The notes beneath the pieces are model-generated. The model was not told the DNA's origin. It saw only the letters and a list, made by a program, of their open reading frames with translations, and ran no database searches. DNA of 64,000 nt, from positions 2,192-66,191 of the IMG/VR virus record IMGVR_UViG_3300008954_000046. One strand, 5' to 3'. This document shows positions 1 through 10,400 of the stretch, piece by piece (positions within the stretch are counted from its first letter, which is position 1; each line of letters opens with the position of its first letter). A program made the translations under genes and the position numbers. The stretch is from a virus (taxonomy: Duplodnaviria > Caudoviricetes).

Positions 1-912
1 GGAGCATTATATCATTTTATAGTTACACTACGAAAACATTTAGAAGAAAATAGTTACGATAAAGTGGTGGTATTTTGGGACGGCCCAAAAGGTAATCACT
101 TTAGAAAAGAATTGTACCCAGCATATAAAGAAACACGTAAGAAAAGAATGGATGATGAGCAGTTTCAATCCATGATAGACCAAAAGAATAGAATTTCCGA
201 ATATTTAGAAGAGTTATTTATCCGACAATGTCAATTTACGATGTGTGAAGCAGATGATTGTATAGCATACTATTGTCAATCTACACCCAAAGAACATAAA
301 ACTATTTTAAGTTCTGACAAAGACCTTTCCCAACTAATAAGTAAAAAAGTCTCACAATATTTTCCTATAAAGAAAAAATTAGTGACTAATGAACATAAAA
401 TATTAATAAGTGGAAGAGAAATTCCAACACAAAACGTTGTATTAGTGAAAACTTTGATGGGAGATAGAAGTGATAATATTAACGGTATAACTTATTTAGG
501 TGATAAAACATTATTTTCTCTTTTTCCTGAAATAGAGGAAAAAGAAGTAAATTTAGACTATATTTTAGAAGTTAGTAAAAATAAACTTAAAGAAAATAAA
601 AATAATAGAGCTTTAAAAAATATAATAGCGGGCACAACAAAGACAGGTGCTCAAGGAGAAGATTTTTATAGACTAAATAAAAAATTAGTGGACCTATCAA
701 TTCCTTTTCTAACAGAAGAGGCAAAAGAAGAAATAATGTTACTTGCACACGCAAGTTTAGACCCAGCAGGAAGACAAATAGAAAATGCTGTAGAAATGAC
801 AATCAGAGATGGACTAAACAAATTCTTACCAAAAAACGATAATGATTGGTTAGATTTTTTTGAACCATTTATGGGGCTAATAAAGAAAGAGAAGAATAAT
901 TTTAAAAAATAA
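1..912 (+). CDS. 5'-3' exonuclease / flap endonuclease (T4 RNase H / T5 D15 / PolI N-terminal type), 5'-truncated
   Basis: Frame is open from base 1 (GALYHFIVTLRKHLEENSYDKVVVFWDG). FEN motifs VFWDG, FRKELYPAYKETR, EADDCIA, SSDKDLSQL and the H3TH motif LMGDRSDNINGI..LGDKT. Confidence 0.9.
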   Translation, partial: GALYHFIVTLRKHLEENSYDKVVVFWDGPKGNHFRKELYPAYKETRKKRMDDEQFQSMIDQKNRISEYLEELFIRQCQFTMCEADDCIAYYCQSTPKEHKTILSSDKDLSQLISKKVSQYFPIKKKLVTNEHKILISGREIPTQNVVLVKTLMGDRSDNINGITYLGDKTLFSLFPEIEEKEVNLDYILEVSKNKLKENKNNRALKNIIAGTTKTGAQGEDFYRLNKKLVDLSIPFLTEEAKEEIMLLAHASLDPAGRQIENAVEMTIRDGLNKFLPKNDNDWLDFFEPFMGLIKKEKNNFKK

Positions 913-916
913 AATC

Positions 917-1378
917 ATGTACAATAATAAAGGAGATAAAAAAATGACAACAAAGTTTGAATTCTTATTAAAAATTAATGGTAACATAATTTGCCAACGA
1001 TATTTTAATGTGAGAGACTTTAATGATAAAACACTAGATTCGATTGAACTGTTAGACGAGGTTAATTATATAAAAATGAGACTAAAAGAGTATCTTAAAA
1101 TGAGAAGTTTAAACTATTTATACGACCAATATAACCAGTACACTAATGTGGTTAATTTAAGTGAACAGGATTTGGAAGGGTCTGAAGATGAGGTTTTTGA
1201 GATAGAAATTAGAAAGGATGGGAAGAACATTATTCACACCTTTATCCCTTCGAATTGCTACCCAACACGTGTAAGGTATACTGTTGATATTCGACCAATG
1301 ATACCACGAATATTAGGGGATTTGAGTGACACATTGTCATTGAAAAAACCTGTAAAAGTTATAGACTTATACAAATGA
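917..1378 (+). CDS. hypothetical phage protein
   Basis: 153-aa ORF tightly packed between nuclease and helicase; no recognised motif. Confidence 0.75.
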   Translation: MYNNKGDKKMTTKFEFLLKINGNIICQRYFNVRDFNDKTLDSIELLDEVNYIKMRLKEYLKMRSLNYLYDQYNQYTNVVNLSEQDLEGSEDEVFEIEIRKDGKNIIHTFIPSNCYPTRVRYTVDIRPMIPRILGDLSDTLSLKKPVKVIDLYK

Positions 1379-1383
1379 GATAC

Positions 1384-1390
1384 TATTTAT
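1384..1390 (+). promoter_or_regulatory. TATTTAT box (putative phage late-type promoter)
   Basis: Heptamer recurs 14-24 nt upstream of many starts; here 22 nt before the helicase ATG. Confidence 0.5.
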
Positions 1391-1412
1391 TAATACGCAA
1401 AAAATAATACAT

Positions 1413-2792
1413 ATGAGTGGAAAAAATAACTTTGGATATCTAGGATATAACTTTCAAATTAAATTACTAAATCAACTAATTCTTGATAAGAATTTCACCA
1501 ATTCTATCGTAGAAGTTATCGAGGCAAGATATTTTGATAATCAATATTTTAAGTTGGTAATGCAAATGATTAAGGAGTATCATGAAAAATACAATGTCCC
1601 ACCATCTTTTGATGCATTAGACCAAATTACAAGAATTGAAGTAAGTTCAGAAATGGCAAGAACAAATATCTTTGACATGTTAAAAGATATTAAAGATTGT
1701 CCATATGAGGACCATTTATGGGTACAAGAAAAATCTCTAAAATTCTGTAAACAACAAGAACTCCAAAAAGCAATTACAAAAGTTAATAAAATTTTAGATG
1801 ATGGTGATTTTGAGGCTTATGACCGTTGTGAGGAGTATATTAGAGAGGCAATACAAGTAGGAGAGATAGATGAGTCAACAATAGATGCTTTTAGTAGTTT
1901 AGAAGAAGTATTAAAAGACGATTTTAGAGAACCAATACCAACAGGAATTATCGGCATAGATAATTTATTGGATGGTGGGTTAGCTAAAGGAGAAATTGGT
2001 GTATTTTTAGCACCAACAGGTGTGGGTAAAAGTACTATTCTTACGAAAGTTGCAAATTCCGCATATAATTTAGGTTTTAACGTTTTACAAATATTTTTTG
2101 AAGACAACCCTAAAATTATACAAAGAAAACATTTAACTTGTTGGACGGGAATTTCTTCTAAAGAGCAAGCAGCAAGAAAAACCGAAGTATTAGAAAAGAT
2201 TTCACAGTATCAGGGAAGGGGTAAATTACTTTTAGAAAAATTACCTTCAGATACTATGACAATGGCTCAAATTAAAAACAGGGTAAGAAAATTAATGGCA
2301 GAAGATGTAAAGATTGATTTAGTTGTATTAGATTATATTGATTGTTTATTACCAGATAGAGCTTTTTCTGATGAATGGAAAGGTGAAGGGTCTGTAATGA
2401 GACAGTTTGAAGCAATGTGTAGTGAACTCAATGTAGTTGGGTGGACCGCAGCACAAGGAAATCGTACTTCTATTAGTTCAGATGTTGTTACAACAGATAT
2501 GATGGGTGGGTCCATCAAAAAAGCCCAAGTAGGACACGTGATAATATCAATCGCAAAATCCTTACAACAAAAAGAGTTAGGTTTAGCAACGATTGCCATT
2601 ACCAAATCTAGAATAGGAAAAGATGGAATAGTCTTTGAGAATTGTAAATTTGATAATGAATTTTTAGAAATTAGTACAGAACAATCACAAACACTCCTAG
2701 ACTTAGAACACACTCGAGAAGAGAGAAATGCACAAAGAGTGAGAACAGCATTAGCACGAAGAAACCAAATTAGCCAACCAAACAACGGTTAA
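1413..2792 (+). CDS. replicative DNA helicase, DnaB/T4 gp41-like (SF4)
   Basis: PIPTGIIGIDNLLDGGL, Walker A APTGVGKS, Walker B VVLDYID, WTAAQGNR, arginine-finger region KSRIG. Confidence 0.93.
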   Translation: MSGKNNFGYLGYNFQIKLLNQLILDKNFTNSIVEVIEARYFDNQYFKLVMQMIKEYHEKYNVPPSFDALDQITRIEVSSEMARTNIFDMLKDIKDCPYEDHLWVQEKSLKFCKQQELQKAITKVNKILDDGDFEAYDRCEEYIREAIQVGEIDESTIDAFSSLEEVLKDDFREPIPTGIIGIDNLLDGGLAKGEIGVFLAPTGVGKSTILTKVANSAYNLGFNVLQIFFEDNPKIIQRKHLTCWTGISSKEQAARKTEVLEKISQYQGRGKLLLEKLPSDTMTMAQIKNRVRKLMAEDVKIDLVVLDYIDCLLPDRAFSDEWKGEGSVMRQFEAMCSELNVVGWTAAQGNRTSISSDVVTTDMMGGSIKKAQVGHVIISIAKSLQQKELGLATIAITKSRIGKDGIVFENCKFDNEFLEISTEQSQTLLDLEHTREERNAQRVRTALARRNQISQPNNG

Positions 2793-2831
2793 TTTAACAC
2801 ATAATTATAAATAAATTTTAAAAAGTAGAAT

Positions 2832-4736
2832 ATGGAAATAGCGTCAAAAATTTTATCGGATATTACAGTATACATGAAGTATGCAAAATATTTGCCCGAG
2901 ATAAACAGAAGAGAGACATGGGAAGAACTAGTTACTCGAAATAAAAATATGCATATCAAGAAATATCCTAAATTGAAGGATGAAATTAATGAGAAATATA
3001 AACTAGTATATGACAAGAAAGTACTACCATCGATGAGGTCAATGCAATTCGGCGGTAAACCAATTGAAATAAGTCCAAATAGAATATACAATTGTGCTTA
3101 TCTTCCAATTGACCATATAGATTCATTTAGTGAAACAATGTTTTTATTGTTAGGTGGAACAGGTGTTGGATATTCGGTACAAAAACACCACGTTAATCAA
3201 TTACCAAACATCCAAAAACCATACGCAAAAAGAAAAAGAAGATTTTTAATTGGTGATTCAATTGAAGGTTGGGCAGATTCCGTCAAAGTCCTAATGAAAT
3301 CATATATGAATGGTGGGGGTAGTAGAGTGGAATTCGACTTTTCAGATATTAGAGCTAAAGGAGCTAGACTTGTAACATCAGGAGGTAAAGCTCCAGGACC
3401 ACAACCATTAAAAGAATGTTTGGTTAAAATAGAAGGGTTATTGAATCAAAAAGAAAACGGAGACCAATTGACTACTATAGAGGTACATGATATTGTATGT
3501 TATATTGCAGATGCGGTACTTGCAGGCGGTATTAGAAGAGCAGCGTTAATTAGTTTATTTTCTGCAGATGACGATGCAATGATTGGTTGTAAAGCTGGTA
3601 ACTGGTGGGAGTTAAACCCACAAAGAGGTAGAGCTAATAACTCCGCAGTACTCATGAGACATAAAATCACCAAAGAATTCTTTATGGATATATGGAAAAG
3701 AGTTGAATTATCAGGAGCAGGAGAACCAGGAATTTATCTAAATAATGATAAAGATTGGGGAACCAATCCATGTTGTGAGATAGCTTTGAGACCTTATCAG
3801 TTTTGTAATCTTTGTGAAGTAAATGTTTCAAATATTGAATCACAGGAAGATTTAAATGAAAGAGTTAAGACTGCAGCATTTATTGGAACACTCCAAGCAG
3901 GATATACCGCTTTCCATTATTTAAGAGATGTTTGGAGAGAAACAACAGAAAAAGATGCATTAATAGGTGTATCAATGACAGGTATAGGTTCAGGTCGAGT
4001 TTTAGGATATGATATGTCCAAAGCTGCGAGTTTAGTTAAAAGAGAAAATACAAGAATATCTAAGTTAGTAGGAATAAATCAAGCAGCAAGAACTACAACT
4101 GTAAAACCAGCAGGTACAACTTCTTTAACATTAGGAACATCTTCTGGTATACATGCATGGCATAACGATTTCTATATTAGAAGAATTAGAGTTGGTAAGA
4201 ATGAAGCGATTTACACTTATTTGAAAGCTTATCACCCTGAATTGGTGGAGGATGAGTATTTTAGACCACACGATACTGCAGTGATTTCTATTCCACAAAA
4301 AGCACCACAAGGGTCTATAATGAGAACAGAATCACCATTCCAACTTTTAGAACGAGTTAAGAAGGTTGCGACCGAATGGGTAAATGCGGGACATAGAAAA
4401 GGTTCTAATAGTCATAATGTATCGGCAACCATCTCATTAAGGGAACATGAATGGGACCCAGCAGGTGAATGGATGTGGGAAAATAGGAAATTCTATAATG
4501 GACTATCAGTATTACCCTATAATGGTGGAACCTATACACAGGCACCATTTGAGGACATCAATGAAGAACAGTATGAGGAGATGTTAAAAACTTTAACTGA
4601 AGTTGATTTATCTAAAGTAGTGGAGTTAGATGATAATACAAATCTGTCAGGTGAGTTAGCATGTGCAGGTGGAAGTTGTGAAATAGATGTGGATATAAAG
4701 AGCATAGAAAAAGAGAAAGAACTAAATGAAGCATAA
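2832..4736 (+). CDS. nrdJ: class II (adenosylcobalamin-dependent) ribonucleotide reductase, monomeric RTPR type
   Basis: RETWEE, LPSMRSM, IYNCAY, GGTGVG, VLAGGIRRAA, GEPG, TNPCCEI (thiyl Cys), CNLCE, TVKPAGT, C-terminal redox pair CAGGSCE; no intein or intron seen. Confidence 0.93.
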   Translation: MEIASKILSDITVYMKYAKYLPEINRRETWEELVTRNKNMHIKKYPKLKDEINEKYKLVYDKKVLPSMRSMQFGGKPIEISPNRIYNCAYLPIDHIDSFSETMFLLLGGTGVGYSVQKHHVNQLPNIQKPYAKRKRRFLIGDSIEGWADSVKVLMKSYMNGGGSRVEFDFSDIRAKGARLVTSGGKAPGPQPLKECLVKIEGLLNQKENGDQLTTIEVHDIVCYIADAVLAGGIRRAALISLFSADDDAMIGCKAGNWWELNPQRGRANNSAVLMRHKITKEFFMDIWKRVELSGAGEPGIYLNNDKDWGTNPCCEIALRPYQFCNLCEVNVSNIESQEDLNERVKTAAFIGTLQAGYTAFHYLRDVWRETTEKDALIGVSMTGIGSGRVLGYDMSKAASLVKRENTRISKLVGINQAARTTTVKPAGTTSLTLGTSSGIHAWHNDFYIRRIRVGKNEAIYTYLKAYHPELVEDEYFRPHDTAVISIPQKAPQGSIMRTESPFQLLERVKKVATEWVNAGHRKGSNSHNVSATISLREHEWDPAGEWMWENRKFYNGLSVLPYNGGTYTQAPFEDINEEQYEEMLKTLTEVDLSKVVELDDNTNLSGELACAGGSCEIDVDIKSIEKEKELNEA

Positions 4737-4896
4737 AGTTAGTAAAGAAATTTTATACCACTTTAATTGTGGTAAATGTAACAAATGGTGGACTATCTCA
4801 GACCACCATTTTTTATCTAAAGAGGGTTTAATTATATGTCCCCATTGTGGACATAAAGAAGAAGTAAAAGAAGTTAAAAATGAGACGAATGGATGA
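4726..4896 (+). CDS. small zinc-ribbon protein (56 aa, below ORF-track cutoff)
   Basis: MKHKVSKEILYHFNCGKCNKWW...IICPHCGHKEEV; CxxC...CPxCG; overlaps the nrdJ stop and the next start. Confidence 0.7.
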   Translation: MKHKVSKEILYHFNCGKCNKWWTISDHHFLSKEGLIICPHCGHKEEVKEVKNETNG

Positions 4897-5092
4897 TTGG
4901 ATTACCGAATTACATTACAAAGAATTCCTCACACCAAAATATGAGACAGGGGATTTCTATTGGGAAAACGGTAAAATGGTAATGAGTGAACAATACCACC
5001 TTAAAAGAGGATATTGTTGTGGTAATGGATGTAAACATTGTGCATATTGGCCACCTCACCAGAAGAACAACCCCAAACCTAAAACAAATTAA
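4880..5092 (+). CDS. small Cys-rich protein, DUF5522-like
   Basis: DFYWENGKMV...HLKRGYCCGNGCKHCAY pattern. Confidence 0.7.
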   Translation: MRRMDDWITELHYKEFLTPKYETGDFYWENGKMVMSEQYHLKRGYCCGNGCKHCAYWPPHQKNNPKPKTN

Positions 5093-5101
5093 TGTTTGAA
5101 G

Positions 5102-5109
5102 TATTTATA
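5102..5109 (+). promoter_or_regulatory. TATTTATA box, putative late promoter of the baseplate operon
   Basis: Lies 14 nt before the gp25-like ATG, at the switch from replication to structural genes. Confidence 0.65.
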
Positions 5110-5122
5110 AGAAAACAATAAT

Positions 5123-5581
5123 ATGCCCGAATTTGGAACATATGGTATGAACTTTCCCTTTTCTGAAAGCAGATTGGGATACATGTTTGATTTAACTGAT
5201 ACGCCAGAGGAGGAAATCAGAGCAAACTTAATACATCTTCTTTTAACTAGAAAAGGAATGAGGTATTTCTTACCTGATTATGGGACTAGGCTATACGAAT
5301 ATATATTTGAACCCTTAGACACCATTACCTTTGACTCTATAGAGGCAGAGATAAGAGAACAAGTACAAAAATATATACCAAATTTAAGGATAGACAGTAT
5401 AATAATAACTCCATTAGCAGAAGCTGAAGAAGGTGAGGGTACATTAGTAACTGATAATGACGATAGAGTATTTAGAGTAGCGGGTGCGGGGACAGATGAT
5501 TATACCGCTAAAGTTAGAATTGACTTTACTACAACGAGTAGTGCTTTCGAAACTAAAGATTTTGTAACTATTAATTTATAA
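5123..5581 (+). CDS. baseplate wedge / sheath initiator, gp25/GPW-like
   Basis: GMNFPF, IRANLIHLLLTRKGMRYFLPDYGTRLYEYIFEPLD, EIREQVQKYIPNLRI. Confidence 0.9.
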   Translation: MPEFGTYGMNFPFSESRLGYMFDLTDTPEEEIRANLIHLLLTRKGMRYFLPDYGTRLYEYIFEPLDTITFDSIEAEIREQVQKYIPNLRIDSIIITPLAEAEEGEGTLVTDNDDRVFRVAGAGTDDYTAKVRIDFTTTSSAFETKDFVTINL

Positions 5582-5582
5582 T

Positions 5583-7421
5583 ATGGCCAATAATAAGATT
5601 TCATACACAGAAAGAGATTTTGTAGGATTAAGGACTGACCTACTAAGATACGTAAGAGAACAATATCCTGATTTAATTCAAAATGCAAATGATGCTTCTA
5701 TATTTTCAGTTCTGTTAGATTTAAACGCTGCGATAGGAGATAATTTAAATTATCATATAGATAGAAGTATACAGGAAACTGTATTACAATATGCACAACA
5801 ACGTTCCTCTTTATTTAATATAGCGAGGACTTACGGATTGAAAATTCCAGGAAATAGACCTTCAGTAGCTGTCACTGATTTATCAATTACAGTTCCTGTA
5901 ATGGGAGATAAGGAAGATGTGAGATATGAGGGGTTACTTAGAAGAAATTCACAATTTAAAGGAGCGGGTCAAGTATTTGAATTGGTAGACGATGTAGACT
6001 TCTCTTCAGCTTTTGATAGTAGAGGGTTCCCAAACCGAACTAAAACCCCAAATTTTGATTCTAATGGTAATGTTATAAATTACACTATCACTAAAAGAGA
6101 AGTGGTGGTAAATGGAGTCACTAAAGTGTTTAAGAAAGTTATAACAGATGGAGATGTTAGACCATTTCTTAAAGTATTTTTACCAGAAAAGAATGTTTTA
6201 GGGGTTACTGCATTGATTCAAAAAGATGGAACTAGTATTCAAGCTTTACCAAAGAATGTAGACTTTATTAATTCAGATAATAAATGGTACGAAGTAGACG
6301 CTTTAGCACAGGATAAAGTTTTTATTCCAGACCCAGGTAAAAAAGGAGACACTCCAGGAATAAAAGTAGGAAAATGGGTTAACACCAATAAAAGATTTGT
6401 AACAGAGTACACCCCAGAAGGATTTTTCCATTTAACATTAGGGGGTGGAAGTAGTTCTGCGGAAGATTCGTTAGAAGACTTAACCTCTACAGGATATAAG
6501 TTAGATTTACAACAATATATGAATAACCTTTCTTTAGGGAGTACACCTAAATCTAACACCACTCTATTCATCCAGTACAGGGTGGGTGGTGGAAAATCTA
6601 CAAATGTAGGACCCAATAGTATAAATAATGTTGCTACAGTAGATTTTGCTATTAACGGACCTATTAGTACCACTAATACCGCTGTTAGAGAATCTTTAAC
6701 AGTTAATAATGTAAGTTCAGCAATAGGTGGAGCCAATCAACCTACAGTGGAGGAATTAAGAAATTATATATCTTTTAATTTTTCTGCACAACAAAGAGCT
6801 GTAACAATTAATGACTATGTATCTAGAATTCAGACAATGCCTAGTATATATGGTGCACCCGCAAAAGTCGGGGTGATGGAAGTAGAAAATAAAATAATGA
6901 TTAATCTACTCTCTTATTCGGAAGATGGAGCACTAACATCAAAGGTTAGTACGACGATGATGAGAAATATTGCAGAGTATTTGTCAGACTTTAGAATGTT
7001 AAACGATTATATCAGTGTTACTTCAGCAGAAGTTATCGATTTAAGTACACAAATCGATTTAGTTATAGACCCAGGTTATAATCAAGCAGAAATAGTGACA
7101 AATGTAATAGATAAAGTATCAAGTTTCTTTAATCCAGATAATAGGGAAATGGGACAAGATATATTCACTGGAGAGATGGTTAAGGATATAACCAATCAAC
7201 CAGGAGTAATAAATTTAGTAGAACTAAGATTATATAATAAAGTAGGAGGTGAATATTCCCAAAATACTGTATCTCAACCTTATAAAGACCCAACCACCAA
7301 AGAAATCGCTCTAATTGACGGAACTATATTTGCACAACCAAATCAATCTTTCCAAGTTAAGTTTACCAGTAAGGATATTGTTATTAGGGTTAAATCAATG
7401 GCGCAACCAACCATAAGTTAG
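5583..7421 (+). CDS. baseplate wedge protein, T4 gp6 / baseplate J-like
   Basis: SYTERDF, AQQRSSLFNIARTYG, YRVGGG..NVG, AIGGAN..TVEELR...AQQRAVTINDY. Confidence 0.9.
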   Translation: MANNKISYTERDFVGLRTDLLRYVREQYPDLIQNANDASIFSVLLDLNAAIGDNLNYHIDRSIQETVLQYAQQRSSLFNIARTYGLKIPGNRPSVAVTDLSITVPVMGDKEDVRYEGLLRRNSQFKGAGQVFELVDDVDFSSAFDSRGFPNRTKTPNFDSNGNVINYTITKREVVVNGVTKVFKKVITDGDVRPFLKVFLPEKNVLGVTALIQKDGTSIQALPKNVDFINSDNKWYEVDALAQDKVFIPDPGKKGDTPGIKVGKWVNTNKRFVTEYTPEGFFHLTLGGGSSSAEDSLEDLTSTGYKLDLQQYMNNLSLGSTPKSNTTLFIQYRVGGGKSTNVGPNSINNVATVDFAINGPISTTNTAVRESLTVNNVSSAIGGANQPTVEELRNYISFNFSAQQRAVTINDYVSRIQTMPSIYGAPAKVGVMEVENKIMINLLSYSEDGALTSKVSTTMMRNIAEYLSDFRMLNDYISVTSAEVIDLSTQIDLVIDPGYNQAEIVTNVIDKVSSFFNPDNREMGQDIFTGEMVKDITNQPGVINLVELRLYNKVGGEYSQNTVSQPYKDPTTKEIALIDGTIFAQPNQSFQVKFTSKDIVIRVKSMAQPTIS

Positions 7422-7472
7422 ATTGATTTACATATTTACGCTTTTAATTACCTTTAATTTTAATTAAATAAA

Positions 7473-7479
7473 TATTTAT
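7473..7479 (+). promoter_or_regulatory. TATTTAT box (putative late promoter)
   Basis: 16 nt before ATG 7496. Confidence 0.6.
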
Positions 7480-7495
7480 TTGCCAAATTTAAGGT

Positions 7496-10400
7496 ATGCA
7501 AAAATCTTATAGAATAAGAACAAAAATAGGTGAAGATTCTCACATCAAAGTAAATCTACAACAAGACTTTGATTTATTAGAGATTCTAAGTTTAAAATTA
7601 ACCCAATCAGAAGTGTATTCGAGATTGTGTGCTGACTATGGTGTAGTAGTCGGAAGAGTGGTCGCAAATAGTGGATTGGGTATACCGAATGCAAAAATTT
7701 CTGTTTTTATTCCTTTAACTGATGAAGATGCACAAGATGAAGTTATAACCGCTTTATATCCCTATACTGATGTAACAGATAAAAATGACGAAGGATATCG
7801 TTATAATCTTTTACCTACCACAAAACAACATAATCGTCACGCCGCTACAGGAAGTTTTATGGGTGCAGAAGAAGTAATATCTAATCCTTTAAAATTAGAG
7901 GTTTATGAGAAGTACTATAAATTTACCGCAAAAACTAATGAGAATGGGGACTTTATGATTTGGGGAGCACCTATTGGAGTTTACCAAATTCATATGTCGG
8001 TAGACGTAAGTGACATAGGCTGTTTTTCCATGAAACCCTTTAATTTTATTTCACAAGGAGTACCAGCAGAAAATTTTAAAAGTTCAGCAGAGTTCAAATC
8101 TTCAGAAAACCTAGATACTCTCCCCCAAATTGTAATTCAAAATAAAACTATAGAAGTTGTACCATTTTGGGGGGATGATGAATTATGTAATTCAGGAGTT
8201 TCTCGAGTAGATTTCGATTTAAGAGATTCTAATGTAGAGATAAGACCTAATGCCTTATTAATGGGAAGTATTATTAGTGATAATAATGTAGAAAATGTAG
8301 GTTGGAAATGTGGACCATCTAAAAGAATGGGTGAGGTATGTAAACTAACTACAGGGTCGGGAAAAATTGAAGCAGTCAGATTTACGATACATAAAGAAGA
8401 AGATGGCTGTACCCCTAAATTAGAAAGGATAAATTTATATAAAATAGGTGGTAATGGTTCCTTTGTTGCAGAGGTCCCAATGAATCTGGATTATCTCTAT
8501 ACTGATGAGTATGGAAACCAACAGATATCTGATGACCCATCTGTCGGTGTTCCAACAAGAGGAAAATATAGATTTAGAATTTCTTTTGACCAAGAATATT
8601 CCTCAGAATCTAGAAAAGCCAAATACCTAGTCCCAAACCTACGAGAATATACCAACCAATATTTTCCTAATAGTTATAGTTTTTCTACTAATTTATTAGA
8701 TTATCCTGAAGCGGACCCAGCATGGGGTGATAGTTGGGAGACTTCTCCAGCTTTCTTAACACAAGATTATTTTTATGAGATGAAACCAGATAGAGTATAT
8801 TCGGTAACTCAACACATTGATTTATATAGGAATAATTATCAACCGATGCCATTTGATGGAGATGTGACTACAACTGGTGCGTGGCCCTTTACAAGAGCAG
8901 GACAAGGCTCCAAAGATAATAGATGGAATTTTATTGGTATTAAAAGTACTAATCCTGCATATGAAGCAGATTGTAGTGGGACCATAAAAGAGTTTCCACC
9001 AAATGACGGATTTAGGGGCGGTTCTTTTATATTCTTAATGACTCAATTAAATCTTTTTGTGACACAATTAGCGATTTTCGTGCCCTTTATGTTATTGGCT
9101 TTAAGTGTTATAATTGGAACCTTTAATCTGTTTATGCAATTAGTAGCCATGTTTGCAGACTTAGCAGCCCATAGTGCGGAGTTTATAAACTTTGTGGTTG
9201 GGTTAGGTGTTAATGTACCTTTAGGTGATATTCTAGGGGCGGTAGGGACTATTATTGGTGTATTTTTAATTGCTGCTACTGAAATTACACTATCTTTAAT
9301 TATGGTAAGTGCAATTACCTCTATGAAATATAGGTTACCTTTAACAAAATATGATGAGTGTGAAAACTGTAACTGTGGTAACTTTTTTAAATTAGATATA
9401 ATAGGTGTGTTCGGGTTGGGAGACTTTGAGGAAGAAGCTGGAGATGTTCTAGTGGATGACCCTTTATGTCAAATACCACCTCTATGTTCAGACCCAAGTG
9501 ACCCAGGAGGTAGTAGTTGTGCAGGGAGTCCATTATATTATAGTGAGATTCATGGGGAAGAATTAGAGAATCAAGGAAGAGGAAGACTTAGTAATAAGGG
9601 GTGTTATACTATTAGTTATGATGGTTCTGGATTTAGAACTGCCTTTGTGACGGCACTTATCACCTTAGCTATCGCGGGAATTGCATTAGGGATAATTCCA
9701 GGTGCGGGAGCTGCTGTAGGACCTTTAGTACAAGACTTAGTTATTGGGGGATTTGTTGCGGTAATTGCTGCTTTTCTATTAGCACGTTTAGCGACTATCT
9801 TTACGGCACTTAATGAATGGAGGGTAAGAAAAAATATATATAATGGATTGTGTCAAGGAGTATTTAATCTAGGATTTTGGAATTCATGGATTAGAGGGAC
9901 CCTATATCACTTTAGATTTGAAAATAAAGTAGATGTAATAGTAGATGATGCCACCCTTCAAGAGACGAGAACAGATTTTTGTTGTAGAGATGTAATTATT
10001 ACTCCAGAAGATTTAAGTGCAGATAATCCACATTATTACTATAGGTCATGTCCTTGGGGAGTAGCAGGATATATACCAGATGGTGGGGCCGCAGTCCAAC
10101 AAATGAATTGGCAATACTTCTATACTGATAATGCTGATAATCTTGTACCTGCCTCTATAACCTATAGGGGAAATAAAGGGATAAACTACCCTACCACTTT
10201 AACTGAATTGGGTACTTTTGAAGATTTATCAACGAATAATTATTGTGTAGATTGTAATGAAGAAGCTGATACAGACTTTTTTATTAATAAATTAGAGTCA
10301 TCATCTCAGAAGTCTCCTGCTGGAATATTAGATTATTTTATTAATCAGAAAATGATGAAATACAATTTCTGGAATATCCAAACTACTGGAATAAATAATT

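Noticed and set aside
1413-4736. Inteins or group I introns in helicase or RNR
   Set aside because: Both ORFs are of normal length with contiguous motifs.
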